A DNA stretch of 64,000 nt, taken from the NCBI GenBank assembly GCA_024137785.1, contig JAHRHZ010000144.1:47962537-48026536 (forward strand), written 5' to 3'. The notes under the pieces are model-generated. The model was not told the origin of the DNA and did not search any database. It was given only the letters and a program-made list of their open reading frames with translations. The stretch's first letter is position 1. The number at the start of each line of letters is the position of its first letter. The DNA comes from Ginglymostoma cirratum. Lineage: Eukaryota. Shown piece after piece: positions 52,283 to 64,000 of this stretch. A program made the position numbers and the translations under genes.

Positions 52283-53639
52283 AATGTGAAGTAGCAAAGG
52301 GAAGATTGTAACACTTATACTTGCATAGCGCAGAAGGCCATGAACTTTCTTCCTGCATTGCTTGGTGTTCCCCGGACTTTGGGCACAGCATTGACCAGTG
52401 CAGTAACTTCAGACCAGGCTGACAGAGTCTGGTGCTATGGTCTCCTCAGGCAGTCCGGCAGCAAGAGGATACCCTCCTCTCCATTATCTTGTACACCAGG
52501 ACATTCAGGTTTCTGTCAACAAATCAATATGTCAACTTACCTCTGTCGAACATTTCTGGGGTAATTCTTCCAACCCTGCAACTGTGAAGAGCGGTTCATG
52601 ACTGACAGCACTTGGCTTGGTGCACATCTGCAATTTAAGTATAATGCCAGTGGTGCACACACTAGAAGATACCAGTGAACATACAGTAGTTCAGATGGGG
52701 TGCCATTGGAGGTGCTGTGCATGTATCAGGAGGTAAAATTTAATGGATAAAAGAACTCACTAGGACTCACAGAGAGAAACCCTCCATGAAGCTCCCTGTA
52801 ATTGACACCTTGCTTAGTAAATTTCAGCCCTATGGTTAGTTTCTTATCAAACAGACAAATGCTAAGTTTGAAAGCCAGCATTTACATTCAAATAAAATCA
52901 CCTAGACAATACCAAAATAGATCTATATGTGGACAAACTGATTTTCCCTCCCCAAGTAATAAATTGGAAAAATCTAACTAATTTTTGCAAACTCCTGTTT
53001 TTTTTTAAATTCACTTAAGAAAGTTAGACAGCTGTGACTAATGGCAAATAAATACTTGATTAGGGCTTATGAAGCTGTAGAGTAGTGTGTGCTTGTGATT
53101 AGCAGAAAGTCAGTAGACAAGAAAACTATGTGTAAATGTACAATTACTTCCAGACAGTAATATTCTGGGACAGTTTTACAGGAGCAACCACTTTAAAACC
53201 ACTTTTATATTACCATTGCTTAGTTCCGTAAGTTCACACTGTTAACCCTACTTCCCTATCCTGCTGCGGACTGAAATCCTATGAAGACTAGGTCTCTGAG
53301 CAGAAAGGTAAATTTAATTGTATAACAGCCAGGAAGTAATTCATAGACAATAATCTCTGGTCTCTGGACTAAAAAAAAACTGTCGTTATTAAAACAGGCT
53401 GGACTTGCAAATACTTCAGCCTAAACGGTGTTCCTGCATCTTCAAATAACTAAATGCCCAGATCATTAGTGATTACAAAATAATGGGACATTTATGACAA
53501 CAGCAAGGTGGTATCATTCTGTTCATGATTCTACAACTTGCCACGATTGCTCAATCTTAGCAATCTATTTACATTAAGCTCCATCCCATGGTGAAGTCAA
53601 ATTTTTGTTACAGAAATCACAATGAAAAAGGAAAAAACT

Positions 53640-53755
53640 GAAAACGTTCCAAAGCACTTACAGCCAATTAAGTATTTTTTGAGGATAGTCACTTTTGTCA
53701 TATAGCAAATGGAGCAGCCAGGTCACACACAGTGATATCCTACAACCAGCAATAG
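53640..53755 (-). mobile_element. DeuSINE-like (SacSINE1/AmnSINE1-type) 3' fragment
   Basis: caaagcacttacagccaattaagtattttt...tagtcact...gcagcc resembles the reverse of the recalled AmnSINE1/SacSINE1 3' region. Confidence 0.55.
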
Positions 53756-53879
53756 AATTGCCAATACATCAGTAACTCAGTTCAAGTGAAAAGACGTGTG
53801 CCTATAAATTGTGTGCTTTCATAGAGCTGGATAAAATAGTCTAATGTAAACATAGACAACACTTAAAAATACACTGCAG

Positions 53880-56590
53880 GATCATCAATATGTGAAAAGA
53901 GCAAAACTGGTTTCGCAAAGTGTCGTTTTCAGGGAAGTTCATGGATGGTTCCCGTCCATGAGATCAGCAAGTTATCTGACAAAATTCTCTGCAGATCTTC
54001 TCAATATATATGAACCACACTCCTCTGATGCTATGTGCACTTGCACTCACCAGTGGCAGAAGTACCTACCGCTGCTGGGATCTTCTGGAATTTGTGCTAC
54101 TGATGCCAAGCTGTGCACCAGGTCAAAACACTGCAAGCCAGGTTGTGCCCTTCAGTGTGGTGCTGCACGATTCTCAAGAACATGGTGGACAAAGGGAAGT
54201 TGGCATCCCAGGGACCTGGAGGACTGAGCGAACGGGGCGGCACAGAGGAGGGTTGTCCTCTTTCCACAGGAGTGCCAGAGGACATCATGTACTAGTGTAG
54301 CAACAATGATCTGGAGGAACAGTCAGTAATGCAGGAAGAAAGTTAATGAACTTGTGCGCTCAGGAAGACTGAGGAAGACACAGAGGAAGTGCCACCGCTT
54401 AAACTTTGCTACCTCATACTTCCAATTAAGATTCATGGTCTACCACTCTCACCATTGCCAGTAGCACCCATTCCATAATTACTCTCACTACACCCCCATA
54501 TTACTAACTGTGCGTACCTTCTGCACTTCTTACTCAATCCGAAGACCTCATCACCTTTCCGTCACCTGCACCAGTGCTAACAGCTATGCCAGCCACTTTC
54601 ATTCCACTCAGACCCTCTCTTTGTCTCATTCCAGGTAAAAGCAGCTAACAATAGCATAAACAACACTAAGACATATGGTGGAGTGCCTGACATTTGTCTC
54701 CTCACCTCACGTGGGAGAGATTCTTTGCTTTAGAAGGGAGAAGACCATGACCGCTCATATGGTGATGGCTAGGCCTCCATATCCTGGTAACTAAGTAAGA
54801 TTCATTGCCAAGTCATACACTGTTCTACTATTACCATCACAGTGAAGCTATTCTTACCTTGCACAAGCTTCTAACCCTGTTTTGCAACTCATACCTTCTC
54901 TTGCATTATGCACAAACCCCAAGGGCACCTGCACAGTTTCTGCCATGAGGAGATCTGTCCCTCAAGACATCATTTCCTCCTGCAACTCCGAGTAGGAAAA
55001 CAGACCTGTCAAAGGATGCACACTTCTGCACCCTCTACCAGCTCCAATCTTGCCACGTCAGTGTTACTGGTGGTACATGAGAGTTGGGAACATGATCTGG
55101 TGAACACATCACTACTACACCTTCACAGCTGACTGAGTAACAAGTGGCCCAGGTCGTTGGCACTCAGTGGACAGTCAGAGACCAAGCATCTGTGTAACAC
55201 AAGTCAGGGGATGGTGCCATGGTGGCAGTCATTAATAGCTTCATCAAAATCCATTGGCTGACATATGAGCAGCAGATGGGTTTAAATCAGAACTACTCAG
55301 CAAATTGGAGCAAAGGTTGGAGAAGTCCACCAATGCCAGTTCTACTGTGCTGCCTCTGTGCATCCGTGTATCTGGCTATTATTGACAGGTTGGCAATTCC
55401 CATGAAGAGACAGATCCAAGACACTCAGCATCTGCCAGCTATACGCAGACATATACTTCATTGGTCTAGCCATCAGCGCTCAGCTTCAATGACAAGGCGA
55501 CAGTGTGTTGAGGGACTCAGTCCTCTATTTTGGTGCCTCTCCCTCACAAGGATACATCTTAAAAACATTATGACATTGAGGCCTCCACCAAGGAGGGCAA
55601 CAGAATGCCTCTAGGCGGATCTTTCACATTGTAAATCTGATTCAACTGAATACCGCAAATGTCATTTGACACTCATAGAGTAGGAGATTGTAAGTGTGTG
55701 ACTCTAACTAGACAAGAAATGCAGCACTGCATATATGACAATGGTGTGGATATTTCATAGTCTAAGGTGTGAGATGGGCAGATGCTGGATCTTATATAGA
55801 CCTTGTGGAACCTTGAAAAATCGCTGAGAATTGTGGAACTAAGGTGCTTCATAGCCATTACTGGGATTAATTTGTCATGTTAATTGAGAAATTCAAGCTT
55901 GCGTGTGGTCAGAATTTTCAGTCAAATCAGTGAGACAATGCATGATGTTCAAGGGGGATCCTGAGAGCATCTGAGTAGGTACAGAATGACTGGGAGCCAA
56001 GAAAGGAAGCTTAATGCCATGCAATGCATCTAGTTCCAATACATGAAATCTTTGCTTTACCCTGAGTGCAAAGTGGCCTGATAGCAGCATCAAAAGGTAT
56101 GGTGTTGACACACCCCAAAGTGCAGTACTTAAATAGTGAAGTAGGTTGGAGGCATGCCATGATGATCTGGTGAGGCTAGTGCATACCTGTTGCCAACCTC
56201 CATGGATGTAGAATTTAGGTAGTCGCTGCCCTTGGAGCATGCCCAGAGATCATGGCTGATGCTGGCCAAAATGGAGGCCCAGAGGAGCAGATGGCAGATG
56301 GAGCTGCCAGTACCTGTTCAGATTTTCATGTGGGAAATTGTTGCCATCTAACTTATCTCCCTTGTCGGTGAAAATAGCAAACTGCATATAGAAGAGGCAA
56401 GTTTAGGTAATGATGAGTTGTTAATACAGGTAAATAGGCCCTCAATGATTACGAGTGAGCCGCTCAGGTTTATGGGTGGCAAATCAGACTTTCTTTCCTT
56501 GATGTTGAGAATCCAATTTATCCTGCCACTGTTTACCAGAAACAGACCCATCTTTGCCTATGACATTCAGGGACTGGGGAGATTCTGCCC
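53880..56590. mobile_element. PIF/Harbinger transposon, decayed: Myb/SANT on plus strand, transposase remnant on minus strand
   Basis: MVDKGKLA (ATG at 54182)...QRRVVLFP...CRKKVNELVRSG. Exon 2 follows ttccag at 54635 (KAANN...KTYGGVPDICLLT...GEDHDRSYGDG). Minus strand gives LRVKQRFHVL. TIR-like gattctgccc ends at 56590. Confidence 0.7.
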
Positions 56591-58684
56591 TGTATTACTG
56601 TTTGAGAATAAATCTTTCCCACATTTCCAGCATATTTAGTTTTTTTTTAAATTTCTCAATAAACGTGTTTACGAAATGAGGAAAAGCCTAGGAGTTGTGG
56701 AAAAATAAGGTTTGTTTTGAACAAAGCAATGACCTGCCGATTTACTATTGTCGAGAAAGGAATTCATTTAATCAAGCATGCGGTTTCTAATTATGGAGAG
56801 TGCTGCCTTAAATAAACCAAACTGTAACGACTAAAAGACCCAATTACAAACCCCAGAAGCAGATGCAGTCCTGAAGCAGATATATGGTACAGAAGTGATG
56901 AGGTGCAGACATGGCGGCATAATGTCTCATTCTGTGCTGTAACAATTCAGTGATTCTTCCTTGGCTATTAATAATAGTAACTGCATTTTCATAATGGCTT
57001 TTACATTATAAAACTGCATTATTGGTTAAAATTAAATACCCATAAATATAATAAATTGTTAAAGTTTAACCTTAAGTAGTGTTGTTAATAGCTTGCACCG
57101 CATCTTTAATAGCTTGATCAATACTAGCTTGTTCAATTCCTGTTATAAAATATTTACTCACACCTGAGCAATCGTCAATCTATTATTGATGGTAAGCTCA
57201 GAAGGAGGAAGAGAATGTCCATTCCAAAAGCATTACTGGCTAAACTGTTGTGGAATTATAATGTAATTTATTGTTACCTAACCTATATGCTTTGAAGAGA
57301 TTTTGTACTGCCTCGGTCATCAGAGTTGAGTGTTAAGAATGTGAATCTGACTGGGGAAAAAAAATGTCTCTCTCTTTTACATTTATCTACAGTGTGTGTC
57401 AGGGAGCTTGAATATCCCATTACTGAAATGGGTAGCATCAAGCAGATGGGAAAATCTATCCTGGAATAGCAACAGGAACACATTGCATTAAGCATGTGCT
57501 AATTTAAATGTATTAATGAGTGAACTACATGCATAATTGCATTCTACCAAAATCTGTCAAGACTTTCAGACTGTGACCTTCAATAATCTTTGGATGAACT
57601 TGTACCAATTCTCCAAATTTGCAGTTTGTGTTATGTTCCTTTTCAGAAAACTATAATATTTGGCGTTATTTTTTCTGTGAACAGTTCAATTGGTAAAATA
57701 ATCAACAATAATGCAGAGAACAGAATTATTTTTGTTATTCCACTCGAAGACAGGATTAAATTCTTCTAGAGGGGTTGTTTGTAAAATTAGATGCCTTTAA
57801 GGGCTTTTCCTCTATTATACAATCTTCCAAAAACACGCGCTTACCTTTTCCGCTAAACACAAATTTAAGACTTGTCTGTATTTGTTGTGGTATGAAGCCT
57901 CCCTCAGTAAGCTTACTCAGTTTATGAAAACTAATGCTCAGTTATATACACCCTGCAGCATGTCTTATAGAATGGACCTTCTCTTTTAGTAGTTTGTCTT
58001 AAGGATTGGCGAATGCAATGCATTCAATGACGTTGCTGAAAGATGCAAACTTTATTGGAGCTAGTTGCCTTATTTGATTATGATTGGGGAGTCGACAGTG
58101 CCATTCACACGGTTTCTTGACAGCTTACCGGTTGAAGACTTGTTGTTTAAGTGGCCATGATGTCTTTGGAAGACAGCCCACACCTCTTGAAGGAGAAGTG
58201 CTCTTTGGCAATTTTGAATAAGTGCTTTGAGTCAGTCAGTCTCAAGTGCCTTGAGAGATTGATATGATGGTCAGAACAAGTTATAAAAACGAGCCCCGAT
58301 TTTCAGACATTACTTTGGAGGTGTCCATGGAAAGGGTGACTGGAAGGTGACAGCTGACCATTCTAATAGGCAGGAGAATATCACCAAGGCAAATATTTCA
58401 ATCAGAGTTGGAAACTGAGGTTATTCCAAGAGCATTGTGCCTAGGACTGACCAAAAGAAATTAAATTTTCTGACTCAATCTGTTAATTTTAGAATCCATC
58501 TCCACCATCTCTCTTACTTCTGTTTGGTTCTGTACCACATACGGTGTCATCATTAAACACTTTCGCTCTCTCACTTCTCAATACACTAAACCTCTTTCCA
58601 CTGCCACTTATAAATACTGTTCCTAAGTGAAGTAATTTCACTCGCCTTCAGCTGCACTTTCTTGCTACTAGCTTTTATTGTGGA

Positions 58685-58935
58685 ATGGGAACTATTCCTG
58701 AGCTCCACTTCACAGACAATGTTGTGCAGGGACAAAAGCAACATTACCCAACACAGCAACAACAGGAGCATCAGCTACTTTCAACTCAACCTCATGATCC
58801 TCCACAGGACAGAAGGGATGGACACCAAGATGCAGCATGGAGAAGAAAGATCCACAACACAGGGTCTACAGTCAGATGATCAATTGTCTTGACATATATA
58901 ACCACCAGTGCCTCAGACTGTCAGGGCAGGTTATT
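58685..58935 (+). mobile_element. Harbinger transposase N-terminus, truncated by CR1
   Basis: PQHRVYSQMINCLDIYNHQCLRLS resembles the RVYR.R..YLDMSE.QC.RRLR motif of HARBI1-like transposases. Confidence 0.6.
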
Positions 58936-58939
58936 GAGC

Positions 58940-61020
58940 ATAAAACCATAGGATGTAGAAGCAAAAGAAGGTCATTTGGCCCATTGAGACTGGTCCACTG
59001 GTCAATAAGATCATGGCGATTTGATATTCCTCCACTTCTTGTTCCTGCCTTTTCCCCATTGCCTTTGGCTTTCCTGTTGACCAAAATATTATCTGTAACT
59101 GTCTGCAGTAAAGAAATCCACAGATTCACCTATCCTCTAAGAGAAAAAAATCCTCCTTATCTCAGTCTTAACTGGACAATCCCGTATTTTGAGGTTATGC
59201 CCTCTGATCCCAGACTCTCCCACAAGGAGAAACAACCTCTTGACCCGTACTCTGTCAAGACCCTTCAAAGAAGCTTATATACTTCAATAGAGTCACCTCT
59301 CATTCATCTAAACTCCAATGAGTACAGGCCCAACCTACTCAATATCTCCTCTTTAGAAAATCCCTTCATACCTGGGATCAACTTAGTGAACCTTCTCTGG
59401 ATTGCCTTCAATGCCAGTATATCTTTCCTTTAGTATGGGGATCAAAACAGTTTACAGTATTCTAGATGTGGTCTAACTACTGCCTTAAATAGCTTTTAAA
59501 AAAGTCCCCCGTTTTAAACTCATTTAATCTGAAATAAATGTCAACATCCATTAGCCTTATATATTACTGCTGAACTTATGTAACAGCTTTTTGTGATTTA
59601 TGAAAATGCACAAATTCCTCTGTCTGTAGGTTTCTGCAATTTTCCCTGAATTAGATGTTCAGCTCCTCTATTCTTCTTGCCAATGTGCATAACCTTACAT
59701 TTTCGCACGTTAAATTTCATCTGTTAAGTTTTTGCCCATTCATTTTATCTGTCTATATGCCTCTGCAAACTCTGAAATTCTTACCAATCTATTTCCCCCC
59801 TATTTCTGTTAAATTGGCTATAGTACATTCTCTTCCCTCATCCATGTTTCTAAAATGTATCGTAAACAATTGTGGATCCAGTTCTGATTCCTTTGACACT
59901 CCATTTTTGTTATAGAATTATAGAGTCATAATGTATGGAAACAGTCCGACCTATCATGTTCCCAAGCTAAACTAGTCCCACCTGCCTGCATTTTAGCCCA
60001 TATCCCTCAAACCTTTCCTATTCATGTACTTATCCAAATATATTTTAAATGTTGTCACTATAGCTGCATCCATCACTTTCTCTGGCAGTTCATTCTACAC
60101 ACAAAACATTCTGTGTAAAAACATTGCCCCCCATGTCCTTTTTAAATCTCTCTCTTCTCACCTTAAGGATATGCCCACTAGTTTTGAACTCGATCACCCT
60201 AGGGAAAAGACACTTGGCATTCACCATTCACCATATCTATGCTCCTCACTATTTTATAAATCTCAAAAAGGTCACCCCTCAATCTCCTATGCTCCAATGA
60301 AAAGAAGACCAAGCCTTTCCAGTCTATTTTATTATCTCAAATCCTTTATTCCTGGCAACATCCTGTAAATCTTTTCTGAACCCTCTCCAGTTTAATAATA
60401 TCCTTCCTTTAACAGGGCAACCAAAACTGCACACAGTGCAGAAGAAGCCTCACCAAAGTCCTGTAAAGCCTGAACAAGACATTTCATTCCTATACTTAAA
60501 GGTTTGAACAATGAAGGCCAACCTTCTTAACCACCCTGTCTACTTGTGATGCAAATTTCGAAGAATTATATACCTGAACCCTTAGGTCTCTCTGTTCTAC
60601 AATAAGACTCAGGGGTCTACCATTAATTGTATAAGTCCTGTCCTTGTTTGTACAGGTTGCCATCCTGAAAATACAGCCACTTGCCCCATTCCAACTCTGT
60701 CTTCTATTCTCAATTCTCTATTCACACTCATACTACACATGACGCCACAAGTTCTTACCCTGTGAAATAGCCCAATGTGTGGCACGTTATTGAAAGCCTT
60801 TTGAAAATCCCAAATTTATGTTACATTTACATGTTGCCCTTTATCTGTCCTGTTTGTTACTTTATCAGGCATGATTTCCTTTTCATAAAGCCATGTTGAG
60901 TCTGCTTGCTTGAACGATATAAATCTAAATGCTCTGCTATTACATCTTTCTACCAGACTCTAACATTTTCCCAATGACAGATGTCAAGCTAACTGGTCGG
61001 TAATTACCTTCCTTTTTGAA
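58940..61020 (-). mobile_element. CR1 LINE 3' half, split by a nested HER1
   Basis: 3' tail at 58940 and RT motifs at 60780-61000 (ttttcaaaaggctttc; accagttagcttgacatctg on the minus strand). Confidence 0.8.
59912..60652 (-). mobile_element. HER1/CR1 3' end nested in a CR1
   Basis: Closely similar to 20658-21480. Confidence 0.85.
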
Positions 61021-61074
61021 AAACATTTTTTCAAGTATAGCACTTTTATAGTAGCACTTTTCCAAACCTAGTAT

Positions 61075-61472
61075 GGTGAGCCCTCAATTCCCCAGTATCT
61101 CCCCTCCCATCTCCCTGACCCCCTTTCCCATCCCCCATTCCTATTCCCAACACCATGCCCCCATTTCCCTTCCTCCCATTCTCCCAAAACTTTCCTCCTT
61201 CTGCCTCTACCACCTTTTCCCCCATCCCATCACCATTCTGCCCGCCTGTATAAAAGCAACATGCCCGCCACCTTTGCACCACCTCATGTCTTCTCACCTG
61301 TCCTATCCTCACTCTTCCTCTCTGTTCTCAGTCCTTCACCCTTCCTCACTCCTCCTTCCACATCTCACTCATTATCCATCCTCAAGACTCTCCCAGTACT
61401 CAGTCCTCTCCCCATCCTTACTTCTCCCCTGACTGTTGTAACTCACCCCTCACTGACCCTTTCTAATCCCTA
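61075..61472. repeat. C/T-rich low-complexity tract
   Basis: About 400 bp with very few G on the plus strand and many CCC runs. Confidence 0.8.
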
Positions 61473-62558
61473 ATGAACTCGACTTCAGTTGTGAGCTTCT
61501 TTTTTGCACATGCACAGTTCCTTTGCATCTGACATCATCAAGGTTACATGTAGTGACAGAGTTTCTGGGCTGGTGTGCATATGTATTCACAAGAGAAGCT
61601 GGATGTCACTAGACACTGGCTTTTTAACTTACTTGCTGGTTTACCTTCATTGTTTACCTTTTCCCTTTTTTTTTAGAAACTTTCCAAACCCACTGGCTTA
61701 TCAATAAACTTTGCCACATTGTGCGTTTTTTCTTTCATTATCATTCCTGGATAACTCTTCCTAAAACCCTCCTTCCACACTGGGATATATTAGCTGTGAG
61801 CCATGAACTGTTTCCTTAAATGTCTGCCATTGTTCATCAGTGTCTTTTCTGTTCAACCCCTTTCCCTGTCCATTCCAGATAACTCTATCCACATTCCTTT
61901 GGAACCACACTTATTTAAGTTTAGCACAGTTGTTTCTAAGCCAAGCTTCTTACTCACAAACAGAATACCAAATTCTAACATGTTGTTGTCACTATTTCTC
62001 TTGCTCAAAGCATTTTTTCAACCCGTCACATTACAACATAGTATGATCCTTGCTTGGATCAACACCATACTGTTCTGGAAATTGTTCTGAAAACCCTTTA
62101 TGAATTGTTCTTTGTGACTACCATAATGGCTGTAAGAGCAGACCTGTCAATCCTCTACTTGCACCATTAATTCATTTATTTTCTGAACACCGCGTGCATT
62201 TAAGAACTATTTTACCATTTTATCATTTATCCTCCTCTCACTCTATTTGCTGCTTCTTTTCGTGCTTGGACACCCTGTCCTTTCCTGTTCCACTCATTGT
62301 GTCATTACCTGCCATACCATCACACCCTTTTGCTATGTAAGTCTCTATATCCCTTCTCCAGAACCCTTCACTCCTCTAACCTGTTTTAAAGCCTTATCTA
62401 CAGCCCGAGATATTTAATTTGTCAGGACACTGTTCCCAACGTAGTTCAAATGAAACCTGTCCCAACAAAATATCTCCTTTCTACCCCAGTGCCAGTGCTT
62501 CATGAACTGAAACCTATTCCTCCCACCCCGATCTTTCAATTGCACATTTAACTCCTTG

Positions 62559-62772
62559 ATAACAAGCATGGGGCTGGATGAACACAGCAGGTCAAGCAGC
62601 ATCATAGGAGCAGGAAAACTTGACATTTCGGGCCTAAACCCTTCATCAGAAATAGGGGAGGGGAAGAGGGTTCTGAAATAAATAGGGAGAGAGGGAAAGG
62701 CGGATAGAGGATGGATAGAGGAGAGGATAGGTGGAGAGGAGGCAGACAAGTCGAAGAGGCGGGGATGGAGCC
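62559..62772 (-). mobile_element. Penelope-like terminal repeat (family A), near-identical to 31364-31577
   Basis: 5 differences in about 214 bp by eye. TSD ccttga at 62554-62559 and 62771-62776. Confidence 0.8.
62622..62649 (-). ncRNA. Minimal type I hammerhead ribozyme motif
   Basis: Minus strand auuu-CUGAUGA-a-GGGU-uuag-GCCC-GAAA-UG-UC-aagu. Confidence 0.62.
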
Positions 62773-64000
62773 TTGACTTTGTTTATCCAATGCCAGTTTG
62801 CCTGTGGCTCAGGTATTAATCCAGAGATTAATATTTTGAAGGTTCTGATTTTGAAATTGAATTCCTAACTATTTAAATTCTTTCAGCAAAATCTCCTATC
62901 AAGGTTGTTGGTACCAATGTGGATGATGACAACTTCACCTCCCACCCCAGGTTTTTTGTAAAGCCTGAGATATCCTCAAACAGGCACCAGGCAGGCAACA
63001 CAGCCGTACGCTCACAGTATCACACCACTGACCCCCTCGACCCCCCCACAATTGTGCTGTCCCCCCCTTACTGCTATGTTTCTAGTTTCTTGCCTCCTTC
63101 AATGACTCCCTGTCCTACTACACCATGCTCATCTTTCCAGCAGTCCCTATTCTAATCGTTACAGCTAGCAAAAACATAATAACTGTTGTACAACTTCAGG
63201 GGCTGAGGCTCCTCTAATGTTACCCCCCAGCACCCCATATCTGCTTCACCTGCAGTCACAGCCTTCTAGCCCTGTTCACAGATTAAATTTAGATTACCTA
63301 ATCCGAGGGGCATGACCACTTCCTAGAGCAAAGTGTCCAGGTAACCCTCCCCGGCTATGATATGGTGCATTGTCTGCACCTCAGACTCCATGTCCTCAGT
63401 TTGGACCTGGATTTCCTTGGGCTGCAATCACGAACTGCAAATGTGTTTGTCGTGGATGACTTTTGTATCCAGCAGCTCCCACACACTGCAGCAGCAACAC
63501 ATTACATGCCCTGTCAGCATTATCTTGCCTGGAGAGAGGGGAATGAATGGACTTGAAAGATGTATTGTTCTGAGCACTTAGAATTCTAGGAATGTCAGAT
63601 GGTGAGGTTTGGCACCTCAGTGTGCTATCCAGCTTACCTTTCTATCCCTCTTGGGGGTCCTGGATCCACTCCAAGTTGGAGGAACAGCACTCTTGCTGCC
63701 CCTTTTTTCGTCACTTTCATGTGTGCCTGTTTCATTTAAATGGCTGCCCTCTTCTTTCTGTCCTTTGGAGCACTCACTTCACTGTGGAACCTCAAATGCC
63801 TTGGCACATCCTGTATGTAGTGTTGAGACAAACCTTCCCAGATTTCCTCTCCATCCCTTCAGTTGTTGCAGCCTCAAAAATCCATATGTTGTCAGGTTCC
63901 TGTAATTAAACCAAGGCCACTTTAAGTTGAAATCATTTCTTTGATGAAACAGACATGTCATCTCACATAACATCCCTAACTGGTTGGTCCACTCAGAAAC

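Larger units (their letters stand above)
48420..52745. mobile_element. PIF/Harbinger remnant interrupted by two CR1 insertions
   Basis: The left end ggactgaattttcccag...atcaaggaaagaaaaatctgattt matches the reverse of 56480-56590. Minus-strand Myb exon 52315-52520 gives RRP*HQTLSAWSEVTALVNAV...KQCRKKVHGLLR. Joining the pieces into one element is inferred. Confidence 0.55.
61600..63525 (-). mobile_element. CR1 5' region (ORF1 zinc finger and SGNH esterase) plus ORF2 pieces
   Basis: Minus strand gives CCCSVWE......HICSS (about 63440-63500) and KELNVQLK...RFQFMKHWHWGRKEIFCWDRFHLN. Confidence 0.75.

Noticed and set aside
58837-59433. 198-aa ORF
   Set aside because: It is a chimera of a Harbinger transposase start and antisense CR1 3' sequence.
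63580-64000. Possible LTR-retrotransposon gag fragment
   Set aside because: There is no intact CCHC motif or other clear signature.
1-64000. CRISPR arrays, operons, rRNA or true tRNA genes
   Set aside because: There is no regularly spaced repeat-spacer array and no dense coding. The tRNA-like A/B boxes all belong to SINE heads.

Overview
This is eukaryotic, AT-rich, repeat-dense DNA with two assembly gaps (31857-31866 and 51518-51917). The repeat families (HE1-type V-SINEs, HER1/CR1 LINEs, a DeuSINE-like fragment) point to a cartilaginous fish, probably a shark. I cannot recognise any intact host protein-coding gene; almost all tracked ORFs are pieces of decayed retroelements or chance frames, so the window is probably intergenic or intronic. 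It contains many nested CR1-clade LINE fragments (endonuclease, RT and ORF1 zinc finger/esterase), four HE1 SINEs and several other tRNA-derived SINEs. It also has at least six decayed PIF/Harbinger transposon remnants (spliced Myb/SANT gene and/or DDE transposase), a Tx1-type LINE fragment with an internal inversion, and a probable solo LTR. The most interesting signal is nine short, related insertions, often arranged as inverted repeats and mostly flanked by 5-14 bp target-site duplications. Most carry a complete or partial minimal type I hammerhead ribozyme core (CTGANGA-stem II-GAAA-YG-TY), as described for Penelope-like element termini and retrozymes. Family assignments are by eye from recalled motifs, and boundaries are approximate.
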